26,538 nt of DNA from Candidatus Fibrimonadales bacterium (GTDB lineage: Bacteria > Fibrobacterota > Fibrobacteria > Fibrobacterales > Fibrobacteraceae): contig WRMM01000001.1 in the NCBI GenBank assembly GCA_009777135.1, positions 1 through 26,538 on the forward strand, given 5' to 3'. The notes beneath the pieces were generated by a model. The model was not told where the DNA came from. It did no database searches and saw only the letters and a program-made list of their open reading frames with translations. A program made the translations under genes and the position numbers. Positions 1 through 8,598 of the stretch are shown piece after piece; position 1 is the stretch's first letter, and each line of letters opens with the position of its first letter.

Positions 1-1
1 T

Positions 2-484
2 CCGAACCAAGAGCTTATGATGGTTTGGGAAGATTATATTTTGGGAAGCATTGTGGAAAGCGGGGAGCAGGCTCAATTGAATGAAATCTTTTCCAAAATA
101 GACAATGTCAATTATTTTGGCAAGGAATTGACGCGGCTTCTTTCCTTCAAGCTTTCTTATTTTGATTTGCACGATAATTTGGAGAAGACCTACCACGGTT
201 TTGTTTTGGGTTTAATGGTTGCCCTTGGCTTTGACGTTCGCTCCAACAATGCGGCTGGTTTTGGCAGATACGATTTGTTTGTTGAATCCAAATCTTGGAC
301 AGCAGCTATAGAATTCAAGGTTTCCAAAACTGCTAGGGGCTTGAAGCCTGCGATTAATGAGGCTTTGCTTCAGATAAAGGAGCAAAAGTATTTGGCAAAC
401 GCAAGCAAAAAGAAGCCCGCTTACGCCATTGGGGTTGGCGTGCACAAAAACGATGCAGAGGTTGTGTGCGAGAAGGCGTGGTGA
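2..484 (+). CDS. C-terminal PD-(D/E)XK nuclease domain of an AAA-ATPase-associated protein, 5'-truncated by the window edge
   Basis: Frame is open from base 2 (PNQELMMVWEDY). It carries EKTYHGFVLGL, GRYDL and AAIEFK...EALLQIKEQKY motifs typical of AAA-ATPase-like + PDDEXK_9 proteins. Confidence 0.85.
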   Translation, partial: PNQELMMVWEDYILGSIVESGEQAQLNEIFSKIDNVNYFGKELTRLLSFKLSYFDLHDNLEKTYHGFVLGLMVALGFDVRSNNAAGFGRYDLFVESKSWTAAIEFKVSKTARGLKPAINEALLQIKEQKYLANASKKKPAYAIGVGVHKNDAEVVCEKAW

Positions 485-497
485 GGGAGAGGCAACG

Positions 498-508
498 TTT
501 TCTATATT
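498..508 (+). promoter_or_regulatory. Extended -10 motif TTTTCTATATT overlapped by a 9-bp-arm palindrome (504-527)
   Basis: Same motif recurs upstream of about ten genes in the window. ATATTTGGA-N6-TCCAAATAT at 504-527. SD GAGGT 528-532 and ATG at 537. Confidence 0.55.
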
Positions 509-536
509 TGGAATAGAATCCAAATATGAGGTAAAA

Positions 537-734
537 ATGTCGCAAAGTTGGAATAGAAGCCAAACTCTTTAGAAGGCGTTGAGAAAAGAGGAAACTTTGA
601 AAAGGGAGCTCCGCCCGCTGGAAGCGATAAAAGACCAGCATCCAAAATGGCTTCTCACAATGGATGAGATATTGCCGGAGCAAAACTTCAACGGAATTAT
701 CAAAACAAGCGCGCTGAAATGGCTTTTCATCTAG
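537..734 (+). pseudogene. Remnant: 11-codon ORF, in-frame TAG (570-572), then the C-terminal tail of an AAA_14/DUF4143-type ATP-binding protein
   Basis: Manual translation: MSQSWNRSQTL*KALRKEETLKRELRPLEAIKDQHPKWLLTMDEILPEQNFNGIIKTSALKWLFI*. The part after the stop resembles the tail of that family (recognised from memory). Confidence 0.65.
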
Positions 735-736
735 TA

Positions 737-747
737 TTTTCTATATT
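737..747 (+). promoter_or_regulatory. -10 motif TTTTCTATATT, 6 nt before ompH ATG (likely leaderless)
   Basis: TATATT 742-747, ATG 754, no SD in between. Confidence 0.6.
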
Positions 748-753
748 TCCCCA

Positions 754-1260
754 ATGCCTAAAAAACTTTTAATTCTTCTTTTTTTCCTAGCTGCCTTTGC
801 AATGGCTGAGGGGTCGCGCATTGCTCATGTGGATTCCAAGCTTATATTTGAGGGTTATAAGGGCACAAGAAAAGCGCAAGAAGAATATGACCGACAGGTG
901 GCAAAGTGGGAGCAGCAGGCTAATTTGCTTCAAAGAGAGCTTGGCTTTGTAAAAGAAAGGCTAGAAAAGCAAAGTTTGATGCTTTCAGAAGAACAAAAAA
1001 GAGAGCTGGAAGCGGAATATGCCCGCAGAGATACTGAGCTTAAAAACTTTATTGAAAGGATTTACGGCCGCCAAGGCGAATTGCTAAAAGAAAATGAAAA
1101 AGTTAGCGCGCCAATCATAGCCCTGATAAGAAAAGCCGTAACAGAAATAGCCTTGGCAGAAGGCTACGACTACGTTTTAGACAGAGCCACCGGTTCTGTG
1201 CTTTTTTGGAAAAACGAAAACGATTTAACACAAAAAGTTCTGGATTATTTGAATAGATAA
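754..1260 (+). CDS. ompH: OmpH/Skp periplasmic outer-membrane protein chaperone
   Basis: Signal peptide, RIAHVDSKLIF start, long coiled-coil, AEGYDYVLD and DLTQKVL end motifs; 168 aa. Confidence 0.9.
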   Translation: MPKKLLILLFFLAAFAMAEGSRIAHVDSKLIFEGYKGTRKAQEEYDRQVAKWEQQANLLQRELGFVKERLEKQSLMLSEEQKRELEAEYARRDTELKNFIERIYGRQGELLKENEKVSAPIIALIRKAVTEIALAEGYDYVLDRATGSVLFWKNENDLTQKVLDYLNR

Positions 1261-1271
1261 TTTTCTATATT
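1261..1271 (+). promoter_or_regulatory. -10 motif TTTTCTATATT, 12 nt before ATG 1284
   Basis: Exact copy of the recurring motif, no SD before the ATG. Confidence 0.55.
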
Positions 1272-1283
1272 TCCCATTAAATT

Positions 1284-3911
1284 ATGATCGGTGAATTTCA
1301 AAAAACGTTGCGAGAAACCCAGCAGAGGTTTCTCATTGAACAGCAAAACAGGTTTCCTAAAGGAGAAATATTAAAAATTGACCTGCATTGCCATGATTTA
1401 AATAGCGATGTGCCAGATGAATTGCTTGGCCGCATTTTGAATGTGCCAGAAACATGGCTGCCCAGCGAGACCTTGATAGAGAAGCTAACGCGCAACGGTT
1501 GCGATGCCTTTGTAATTACCAACCACAACAATGCTCGCTCATGCTACCAAATGCAAGACAAGGGCATTGATGTTTTAACTGCGGCTGAGTTCAGCTGCCG
1601 GGTTCCGGATTTTGGCATCGGCATACATGTGCTTACCTACGGCTTTACGCCGGATCAAGAGGTTAAGCTGGAAAAATTGCGCAAAAATATTTACCCGTTT
1701 TTGGAATATACGCGAGAGCATAATTTGCCAACCATTTGGGCGCATCCCCTTTACCATTATGCCGCAAGGCAGCTGCCACCGCAGGCTTTCTTCAACAAAA
1801 TGATGCTGCTGTTTGAACGCTTTGAAATGCTCAACGGGCAGCGCGACACATGGCAAAACATTTTGGTAAAGGAATGGGTGGAGCAAATGACGCCAGAGAT
1901 GATAGATCAATACGCTAAAGAATTTGATATTAACCCACTGGATTACTGCACGGATCCATATCGTAAATTTATGTCTGGCGGTTCGGATTGCCACATGGGT
2001 ATATTTGCTGGCGCAACAGGCTCTTATCTGCATGTGCCGAATTTGGCGGAGAGATTGAAAACGGAGCCTAAATCGCAGCTTGCATTGGAAGCTATACAGA
2101 ATGGCAGCATTGCCCCATACGGGTTATACCAGAATACGGAAAAAATGACGCTTGCCATGCTAAACTACGCTTGCCAAATTGCTGTCAATTACCAAGATCC
2201 CGGTTTGGTGCGTCTTTTGCTGCACAAGGGCGATACCAGCGATAAACAGATTTCGCTTGCAATATCAAATTTGCTTTGCGAGGTAAAGCAGAACAAGATT
2301 GCATATTCATTCATTAAAATTTTTCAAAACTGCATGATAGGCGAAAAGCCGCCATTGCTGAAAAAACTGATGGTGAATTCAGCATACAGACCCATATTCA
2401 AAGAAGCAGAAAACATTTCAAAAATCTATGAACGCAATGACGAGAACATGGTAAAGGATTACTACAATTCCATTCTCAATATAAATAACCGCTTTTACGA
2501 AATTCTAAGCACGCGCATAGATAAAAAACTGAGCAAAGCAAAAACAGACGAAAAACTGAAAAATACATCTATCAACGAACTTATTGAGCAGCTGGAACTG
2601 CCTACCTATATAAGAAGCTATCTTGGTTCAAAAAATAACGGCAAATCTAAATTTGATTTGTCTGAGTTTTTAGACGGGCTGTCTTTCCCGTTCTTTGGTT
2701 CAACGCTTTTGTTTGTAGCGCACTTTGCCAGCACCAAAACCTTGTTTAACACACGCCCGTTTTTGCGGGATTTCTCAAAGCGGCTAGGCAAATTTGAGCA
2801 CCCAAAACGCATGATGTGGCTCACCGATACCTTTGGCGATGCCAATGGAGTTTCCACCTTTTTGAAGGAAGTTCACATTGAAATAAAAAAACGGAATTTA
2901 CCCATAGACATAGTGGCATGCAGCGCAAGCGCGCAACCAGACGATCATCTAATTGTGCTTAAACCAGTAAAGGAATTTTCGTTGCCCGCCTATCCAGATT
3001 ACAGTTTTAAAATTCCCAAATTCGTGGAATTGCACAACCTGTTTGCCGCCGGAGAATATGATAGGGTTATTTGCTCAACCGAAGGCATTATGGGCATATT
3101 CGGACTTTACCTGAAACATGCATACACTGTGGAAGCCTCGTTTTACCTACACACAGATTGGCTGATGTTTGCTCGCAAGGTGCTTGGCATGGAAGGTAGC
3201 AATCTTAGCCGAGTTCGCCGTATATTGCGCGCTTTCTACAAGGCTTTTGACAATGTGCTGGTTTTAAACTCCGACCAGAAAAAATGGCTTTCAGGAACGC
3301 AAATGAATTTGGAGCCATCGCAGGTGCATTTGACTGGACACTGGGTCAATGAACGCTTTAAGCCATGCAAGCCCAATAAATGGGAAGCGTTTAGATTGGC
3401 AGATGATTGCCACGTAATTCTTTATGCGGGCCGCGTGAGCAATGAAAAAGGAGTGCTGGAGTTAACTGATATTTACCGCGAGGCAAAGAAAAAATTTGAC
3501 AAGGTGAAATTGGCAGTGGTTGGCAAGGGTCCCGCTGTGGAGCAATTGCAACGAGAAAATCCGGATGCTATTTTTATAAACTGGGTGGAGCAGAGCAAAC
3601 TGCCCATTATTTATTCTTCAGCGGATATATTGGCTCTTCCGTCTCGCTTTGATACTTTTTCATTGGTGGTGCTGGAAGCTCTCAGCTGTGGCTTGCCCGT
3701 GGCAGCTTATAATACCAAAGGACCAAAGGATATTATCAAACACGACGAATGCGGTTTTCTTGTAGAAACGCCTTCCGAAATGCAGCAAGCCATTCTTAAC
3801 TTTTTGGAAAACGGCAATGCGTCGCAATTCCGCAAAGCATCCATTGAACGCGCCAAGGCATATAACGCCGAGAGTATTATCGGAGACTTTTTGCAATCGG
3901 TAGGGATGTAG
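1284..3911 (+). CDS. PHP-like metallophosphoesterase domain fused to a GT4 family glycosyltransferase
   Basis: N-terminal DLHCH, TNHN, AHP, GGSDCH metal-ligand motifs. C-terminal TDTFGDANGV, HTD, AGRVSNEKG and DTFSLVVLEALSCGLPV GT4 motifs. Confidence 0.85.
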   Translation: MIGEFQKTLRETQQRFLIEQQNRFPKGEILKIDLHCHDLNSDVPDELLGRILNVPETWLPSETLIEKLTRNGCDAFVITNHNNARSCYQMQDKGIDVLTAAEFSCRVPDFGIGIHVLTYGFTPDQEVKLEKLRKNIYPFLEYTREHNLPTIWAHPLYHYAARQLPPQAFFNKMMLLFERFEMLNGQRDTWQNILVKEWVEQMTPEMIDQYAKEFDINPLDYCTDPYRKFMSGGSDCHMGIFAGATGSYLHVPNLAERLKTEPKSQLALEAIQNGSIAPYGLYQNTEKMTLAMLNYACQIAVNYQDPGLVRLLLHKGDTSDKQISLAISNLLCEVKQNKIAYSFIKIFQNCMIGEKPPLLKKLMVNSAYRPIFKEAENISKIYERNDENMVKDYYNSILNINNRFYEILSTRIDKKLSKAKTDEKLKNTSINELIEQLELPTYIRSYLGSKNNGKSKFDLSEFLDGLSFPFFGSTLLFVAHFASTKTLFNTRPFLRDFSKRLGKFEHPKRMMWLTDTFGDANGVSTFLKEVHIEIKKRNLPIDIVACSASAQPDDHLIVLKPVKEFSLPAYPDYSFKIPKFVELHNLFAAGEYDRVICSTEGIMGIFGLYLKHAYTVEASFYLHTDWLMFARKVLGMEGSNLSRVRRILRAFYKAFDNVLVLNSDQKKWLSGTQMNLEPSQVHLTGHWVNERFKPCKPNKWEAFRLADDCHVILYAGRVSNEKGVLELTDIYREAKKKFDKVKLAVVGKGPAVEQLQRENPDAIFINWVEQSKLPIIYSSADILALPSRFDTFSLVVLEALSCGLPVAAYNTKGPKDIIKHDECGFLVETPSEMQQAILNFLENGNASQFRKASIERAKAYNAESIIGDFLQSVGM

Positions 3912-3920
3912 TTTAAATTC

Positions 3921-4433
3921 CTAATGGCAAAAAATCGCTAAACTTGATTCCCCGTATCTCCTTATCTTTGCGGCCTCGCTAGCCCATGCGGGCGGGTTTC
4001 TGGAGGGGATTTCAAAAACAGCAAAACCGCCTTTGTTCAAGGCTTGCAAAAAAATTCGCAGATCTGGGTATTCTTTACTAAAGGGAGGGTCTGCGAAAAT
4101 CAAATCGTATTTTTCTTGATTTTGCTCTGCAAAGCGAAGAACATCATTTCTGCGGCAAATCACTTTTTCTGCTATTTTCCATTTTTCCGCTGTTTCTTTT
4201 ATTGCCTGCAAAAGCTTGCTTGAAATATCAACCATAACGGCAGAGCTTGCGCCTCTTGATATGGCTTCAAAGCCAACGGAGCCAGTTCCCGCATAAAGGT
4301 CTAAAACCTTGAAACCTTCGACTGCCAGCATATTGAAAATAGCTTCCCTTGTTTTGGAAGATGTTGGGCGAACCCCTTTGTCTTTTATGGGCGGCAAAAC
4401 CCGGCCTCGCAAATCTCCTGCTGTTATGCGCAT
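3921..4433 (-). CDS. rsmD: 16S rRNA m2G966 methyltransferase RsmD; true start is MRITAG at 4433 (the longer ORF call runs through the tRNA)
   Basis: MRITAGDLRGR, RPTSSKTREAIFN, VLDLYAGTGSVGFEAISRGA, DLIFADPPF. Confidence 0.9.
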   Translation of the reverse strand: MRITAGDLRGRVLPPIKDKGVRPTSSKTREAIFNMLAVEGFKVLDLYAGTGSVGFEAISRGASSAVMVDISSKLLQAIKETAEKWKIAEKVICRRNDVLRFAEQNQEKYDLIFADPPFSKEYPDLRIFLQALNKGGFAVFEIPSRNPPAWASEAAKIRRYGESSLAIFCH

Positions 4434-4438
4434 TTTAG

Positions 4439-4519
4439 CGGAAGACGAGGGACTCGAACCCCCAAGCCTGACGGCGGCGGTTTTCAAGACCGCTGACTTA
4501 CCAATTAGCCTAGTCTTCC
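4439..4519 (-). tRNA. tRNA-Ser(UGA), CCA not encoded
   Basis: Minus strand folds as a cloverleaf: acceptor GGAAGAC/GTCTTCC, D-stem GGCT/AGTC, anticodon stem GCGGT-CTTGAAA-ACCGC, 13-nt variable arm, T-loop TTCGAGT, discriminator G followed by CTA. Confidence 0.95.
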
Positions 4520-4529
4520 AGGTTTTGAG

Positions 4530-4540
4530 AATATAGTAAT
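4530..4540 (-). promoter_or_regulatory. -10 motif ATTACTATATT, 10 nt before the tRNA-Ser 5' end
   Basis: Variant of the recurring motif, correctly oriented and placed. Confidence 0.55.
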
Positions 4541-4691
4541 TTAATTTTGCATTAACTATGGTAAAACGTTGGTTGACACTTTAAACGGCTTTTAATAGAA
4601 TTGTAATAAAAATATTGCCACTGTATTTTCTGTGTATTTTCTTTGTAAAAATTTGCGTTTTTTGCAAAATTTTGCCTTTTTTTAAAAAATC

Positions 4692-4702
4692 TTTCCTATA
4701 TT
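4692..4702 (+). promoter_or_regulatory. -10 motif TTTCCTATATT, 11 nt before ATG 4714
   Basis: Variant of the recurring motif; supports the 4714 start. Confidence 0.5.
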
Positions 4703-4713
4703 CCAAATTGAAT

Positions 4714-6078
4714 ATGCGGGCTTCAACCCTAGAAAAAATTTTGTTCATTATTTTTGATTGCATAGCAAACAGCTTGTGCTTTCTTTTGTTTTTTGCAAAA
4801 TTTGAACTTTCAGTGCTTGCGGTTTTACTCTGGTTTCTAATGTTTTTATGCACTGGGTTGTATCGTCGCTGGCTTTTGGATTCCAGAACTGCGCAAGTTT
4901 TGCATATTTTAAAAGTTGTTGGCGCTGCATATATACTCACCATGGCTGTGCTGTTTGGCTATAGCAAATTGGATATATGGGCTTTTCTAAATGATGCAAA
5001 ATATATAACAGGCTACTTTTTTTCCGTTTGGCTTTCTGTTAGCATTTTAAGGCTTTTGATTTGCAAAATTTTAAGACTTTTCCTAAACAAAGGCTGGGGC
5101 GCAGACTACGTTATTTTGCTCGGTTGCACAAATGAAGCGCGGGAATACTCATCCCTATTTAAGGATAATCCGCAGCTTGGAAAAAAAATAATTGGCGTTG
5201 TTGAAGAAAATCTTGGGCTTGTAAAAACCTTTGACGGCCTGCCTGTTTTGGGCACATATTCCGACCTGCCAAATCTCATCAAAAAAAATAATGCGCAGGC
5301 AATTATAATTGCTCACCGAAGCAACTCCGAAAAAAAAATAAATCAAATTTTATACTGGGTAGCGCACTTGCCTGTGCGGATTTATCTTGTGCCCAGCCTA
5401 TGGGAATGCGCAAAGAACTTCAAAACATCCGGCCAGCCAACGATCGTTCATTCCAAAGAATTGCAGGAACTTTTTATTATGAACCTGCATCCGTGGCAAG
5501 CTACCGTAAAAAGAATCATGGATATAGCAATAGCCGTGTTTTTACTCATAATAACATCTCCGTTGCTCTTGCTCACCGCCATTGCAATCAAGCTGGATTC
5601 CAAAGGCTCGGTTTTTTACAAGCAGCAAAGAGTAGGCTTGCATTCAAGGCAATTCACGGTTTATAAATTCCGCTCCATGCAAAGCGATGCAGAAAAAGAC
5701 GGCCCTCAATGGGCAAAGAGAAACGACAGCCGCATAACAAGGGTAGGGAAAATTATCCGCAAGTTTCGCATAGACGAAATTCCGCAGCTTCTGTGCGTTT
5801 TGAAAGGCGACATGAGCATGGTTGGTCCGCGCCCGGAGCGCGGAGTGTTTATAGAGAAACTCCGCAAAACAATTCCCTTTTACGCAAGCCGCCTGAAAAT
5901 GAAACCAGGCTTAACAGGCTGGGCGCAAGTTCGCCATCACTACGACAACGATATTGAAGACGTAAAAATTAAACTTGGCTATGATATTTATTATTTATCC
6001 AATGCCTCAATTCTTTTGGATATTCAAATTTTGATAAGAACAATTTACGTGGTTTTAACCGGAAAAGGAGCACAGTGA
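4714..6078 (+). CDS. WcaJ/CpsE-like polyprenyl-phosphate sugar phosphotransferase (exopolysaccharide initiating transferase); start revised to MRASTLEK
   Basis: N-terminal TM segments, Rossmann-like middle domain, KRIMDI, KFRSM, RITRVGKIIRKFRIDEIPQL, GDMSMVGPRPE, KPGLTGWAQV. Confidence 0.9.
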   Translation: MRASTLEKILFIIFDCIANSLCFLLFFAKFELSVLAVLLWFLMFLCTGLYRRWLLDSRTAQVLHILKVVGAAYILTMAVLFGYSKLDIWAFLNDAKYITGYFFSVWLSVSILRLLICKILRLFLNKGWGADYVILLGCTNEAREYSSLFKDNPQLGKKIIGVVEENLGLVKTFDGLPVLGTYSDLPNLIKKNNAQAIIIAHRSNSEKKINQILYWVAHLPVRIYLVPSLWECAKNFKTSGQPTIVHSKELQELFIMNLHPWQATVKRIMDIAIAVFLLIITSPLLLLTAIAIKLDSKGSVFYKQQRVGLHSRQFTVYKFRSMQSDAEKDGPQWAKRNDSRITRVGKIIRKFRIDEIPQLLCVLKGDMSMVGPRPERGVFIEKLRKTIPFYASRLKMKPGLTGWAQVRHHYDNDIEDVKIKLGYDIYYLSNASILLDIQILIRTIYVVLTGKGAQ

Positions 6079-6079
6079 A

Positions 6080-6163
6080 TAATTAATAATTAATAATTAA
6101 TAATTAAGAATGGAGAATGGGAAATGGAAAATCGGGAAAATCGGATAATCGGGGGTATCGGGG
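6080..6163 (+). repeat. (TAATTAA)4 followed by GAATGGR heptamers and AATCGG-containing 8-9-mers that run into the next ORF
   Basis: Read directly: four exact TAATTAA units at 6080-6107, then gaatgga/gaatggg/aaatgga/aaatcgg... Confidence 0.85.
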
Positions 6164-8598
6164 TTCAGACAATAATGGACACCAGCGGCGTTGCTTTTGG
6201 CACTAGCGGGGCGCGCGGGCTTGTTAGCGATATGACAGATGAAGTGTGCTATGCTTATACGCTTGGTTTTTTGCAGCATACATTGGAAAATGGCGGCGCT
6301 AAGAAAGCGGTTGCGTTTGGCGGGGATTTGCGGCCTAGCACTCCGCGCATAATAGCGGCTTGCATGGCGGCGGCGAAGAATTTGGGATTTGAATGTGATT
6401 ATCAGGGATTTTTGCCAAGCCCCGCGCTTGCGCTTTACAGCATAAAAAAAGGAATTACCAGCGTGATGGTGACAGGCAGCCATATACCAGACAACAGAAA
6501 CGGCATAAAATTCTGCGACTATTACGGCGAAATTACAAAAGCAGATGAAGCAAGTATTCGGGCGCAGAGCGTGGTGATTCCGGAGCGGAACGCTTTGGGT
6601 GTGGAGCATGGGGCGTGGGATATGAAAAATTCAAATGGGGAGGCTTTGAGAATTTATAAGGAATATGTTTTAGGATTATTTTCTGAGGGTTCTTTGAATG
6701 GTGTAAATATTGGATTTTATCAGCATTCCGCGGTGGGCAGGGATATTGCGGTTGAAATTTTGACAGAGCTTGGAGCCAGCGTCAAGGCTTTGGGGCGAAG
6801 CGAGAAATTTATACCTGTGGATACCGAAGCAATTCGCAAAGAGGATATTGATTTTGCAAAACAGCAATGCGCAAGCAACGATTTTTTCTGCATGATAAGC
6901 ACAGACGGCGATTCTGACAGGCCGCTTCTTTCTGATGAAAACGGGAATTGGCTCAGGGGCGATTCGCTTGGTATTTTAGCGGCAAAGGCACTTGGGATTG
7001 AGGCTATAGCAATTCCGGTCAGCTGCAATACCGCCGCAGAAAAGAGCGGTTTTTTCAAACAGGTTTTGCGAACCAGAATAGGAAGCCCCTTTGTTATTGA
7101 AGGAATAAAGGAACTGCAAGGCAAATATAAATCCGTTGCAGGCTACGAGGCAAACGGAGGTTTTTTAACCGAGAGCTTAACAACAAGAGACGCGCTCACA
7201 CCCGTTATTGCCGCCATAATAGAAAGCAAAAAACAAGGTTTAAAATTATCAGAATTTTTAGCAACATTGCCGCCGAGATACACATCAAGCGGTTTAATAA
7301 AAGAATTTCCGCCAAAATTAGCAGATAAAAAACTAGCCGATCTGCAAGAAAGCAAAGGCAGTTTCTTTAAACCTGTTTCCATAAACACCACCGATGGCTA
7401 CAGAATGGAATTCAAAAACAGCGACATAATCCATTTGCGCAAAAGCGGCAACGCCCCAGAGTTCCGTTGTTACACAGAAAGCGAAACCATGGAGCAAGCA
7501 GAAAATTTAAGCAAACAATGCGTCCAAATATTAGAGGCATGGAAAATAATGGGGTTCGTAGGGGCGTTGCCTGCAACGCCCCTACAAACCCCAACGCCAC
7601 TACAAACCCCCAAAATAACCCCAATGAATTTCAAAACATTGCAAAACAATCCCGATTTTGAAAAAATCGGAAATGAAATTCTGCAAAAAAAACAAATCGC
7701 TGCATTCCTATTAGCAGGCGGCCAAGGTTCCAGGCTGGGTTTTGAAGGTCCCAAAGGCGCATTCAAATTAGAAGCCCTAAACAAATCCATTTTCCAAATA
7801 CACGCAGAGAACCTCCATGGCAAAGATATTCCTTGGGTTATAATGACAAGCCCGCTGAATCACAAAGAAACTTTGGAGCATTTTGAGCAGGCTAATTATT
7901 TTGGTTTAAACAAAAATAAAATCAAATTCATTGAGCAAAACACCATTTGCGCAATGACCCCGAATGGCGAACCGATTTTTGACAGCGAAGGAAATTTAGT
8001 TCTGGTTCCGGATGGAAACGGCGGATGCTTCAGAGCGCTTTCTTCTAGCGGCGCATTAGCGTGGCTACAGGAACAGGGAATTGAATTTGTTTTTATGTAT
8101 GGAGTGGATAATATTTTAGCAAAGCCCTGCGACCCGATATTTATCGGTGCTTTTGCTGATTCAAAAATGCCGGCAGGCTCAAAGGTTGTTAAAAAGAAAC
8201 ATCCAGAAGAAAAAATGGGCGTGTTTGCTTTGAAAGACGGCTTGCCAACGGTTATAGAGTACAGCGAAATTCCGCAAGAAAGAAAAGCTGAATTTGATGG
8301 CGGAAACATTGTTTCGCATTTGTTTGCAATTGAGTCTCTCAAAAAACTAGAAAACGAACCTTTGCCTTGGCACTTGGCAATCAAACGTATTTGCAACGTT
8401 GAAGGCGCTTACAAATTTGAGCAATTCTTATTTGATGCTTTTCCAAAACTTGGCGCAATGTTTTTGGCAGGCGTTGAGCGAGAAAAGGAATTTGCTCCAA
8501 TAAAAAACGCAAGCGGAGAAGATTCGCCAGAAAGCGCGGTGAAACTTTTTACAGCGAAGCTTTGCAACCTACCTCATCAGCATAGCTCCCCTGCTTAA
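6124..8598 (+). CDS. Phosphomannomutase/phosphohexomutase fused in frame to a UDPGP-family (UDP-GlcNAc pyrophosphorylase-like) nucleotidyltransferase
   Basis: Mutase motifs FGTSGARG, VTGSHIP, TDGDSDR, GYEANGG. After M at 7624: LLAGGQGSRLG..PKG, PDGNGG, VDN, VIEYSE, KFEQFLFDAF, EFAPIKNA. Confidence 0.8.
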   Translation: MENRENRIIGGIGVQTIMDTSGVAFGTSGARGLVSDMTDEVCYAYTLGFLQHTLENGGAKKAVAFGGDLRPSTPRIIAACMAAAKNLGFECDYQGFLPSPALALYSIKKGITSVMVTGSHIPDNRNGIKFCDYYGEITKADEASIRAQSVVIPERNALGVEHGAWDMKNSNGEALRIYKEYVLGLFSEGSLNGVNIGFYQHSAVGRDIAVEILTELGASVKALGRSEKFIPVDTEAIRKEDIDFAKQQCASNDFFCMISTDGDSDRPLLSDENGNWLRGDSLGILAAKALGIEAIAIPVSCNTAAEKSGFFKQVLRTRIGSPFVIEGIKELQGKYKSVAGYEANGGFLTESLTTRDALTPVIAAIIESKKQGLKLSEFLATLPPRYTSSGLIKEFPPKLADKKLADLQESKGSFFKPVSINTTDGYRMEFKNSDIIHLRKSGNAPEFRCYTESETMEQAENLSKQCVQILEAWKIMGFVGALPATPLQTPTPLQTPKITPMNFKTLQNNPDFEKIGNEILQKKQIAAFLLAGGQGSRLGFEGPKGAFKLEALNKSIFQIHAENLHGKDIPWVIMTSPLNHKETLEHFEQANYFGLNKNKIKFIEQNTICAMTPNGEPIFDSEGNLVLVPDGNGGCFRALSSSGALAWLQEQGIEFVFMYGVDNILAKPCDPIFIGAFADSKMPAGSKVVKKKHPEEKMGVFALKDGLPTVIEYSEIPQERKAEFDGGNIVSHLFAIESLKKLENEPLPWHLAIKRICNVEGAYKFEQFLFDAFPKLGAMFLAGVEREKEFAPIKNASGEDSPESAVKLFTAKLCNLPHQHSSPA
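7558..7585. repeat. REP-like palindrome GTAGGGGCGTTGC-CT-GCAACGCCCCTAC inside the coding linker, followed by an 18-nt partial tandem duplication to 7610
   Basis: Perfect 13-bp arms with GTAG/CTAC ends; caacgcccctacaaaccc is repeated as caacgccactacaaaccc. Confidence 0.85.

Noticed and set aside
570-572. Amber read-through (pyrrolysine or recoding) in the 537-734 frame
   Set aside because: Other genes in the window use TAG as a normal stop, and the flanking pieces look like a deletion junction.
4434-4487. N-terminal extension of RsmD in the ORF track
   Set aside because: It is read through the tRNA gene; homology begins at MRITAG.
4439-4519. tRNA as selenocysteine tRNA or as an integration site
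   Set aside because: Anticodon is TGA (Ser), not TCA, and the acceptor stem is 7 bp. No integrase or duplicated tRNA 3' end was seen.
4615-4713. Longer N-terminus of the sugar transferase
   Set aside because: Low-complexity AT-rich translation; the promoter motif at 4692-4702 points to ATG 4714.
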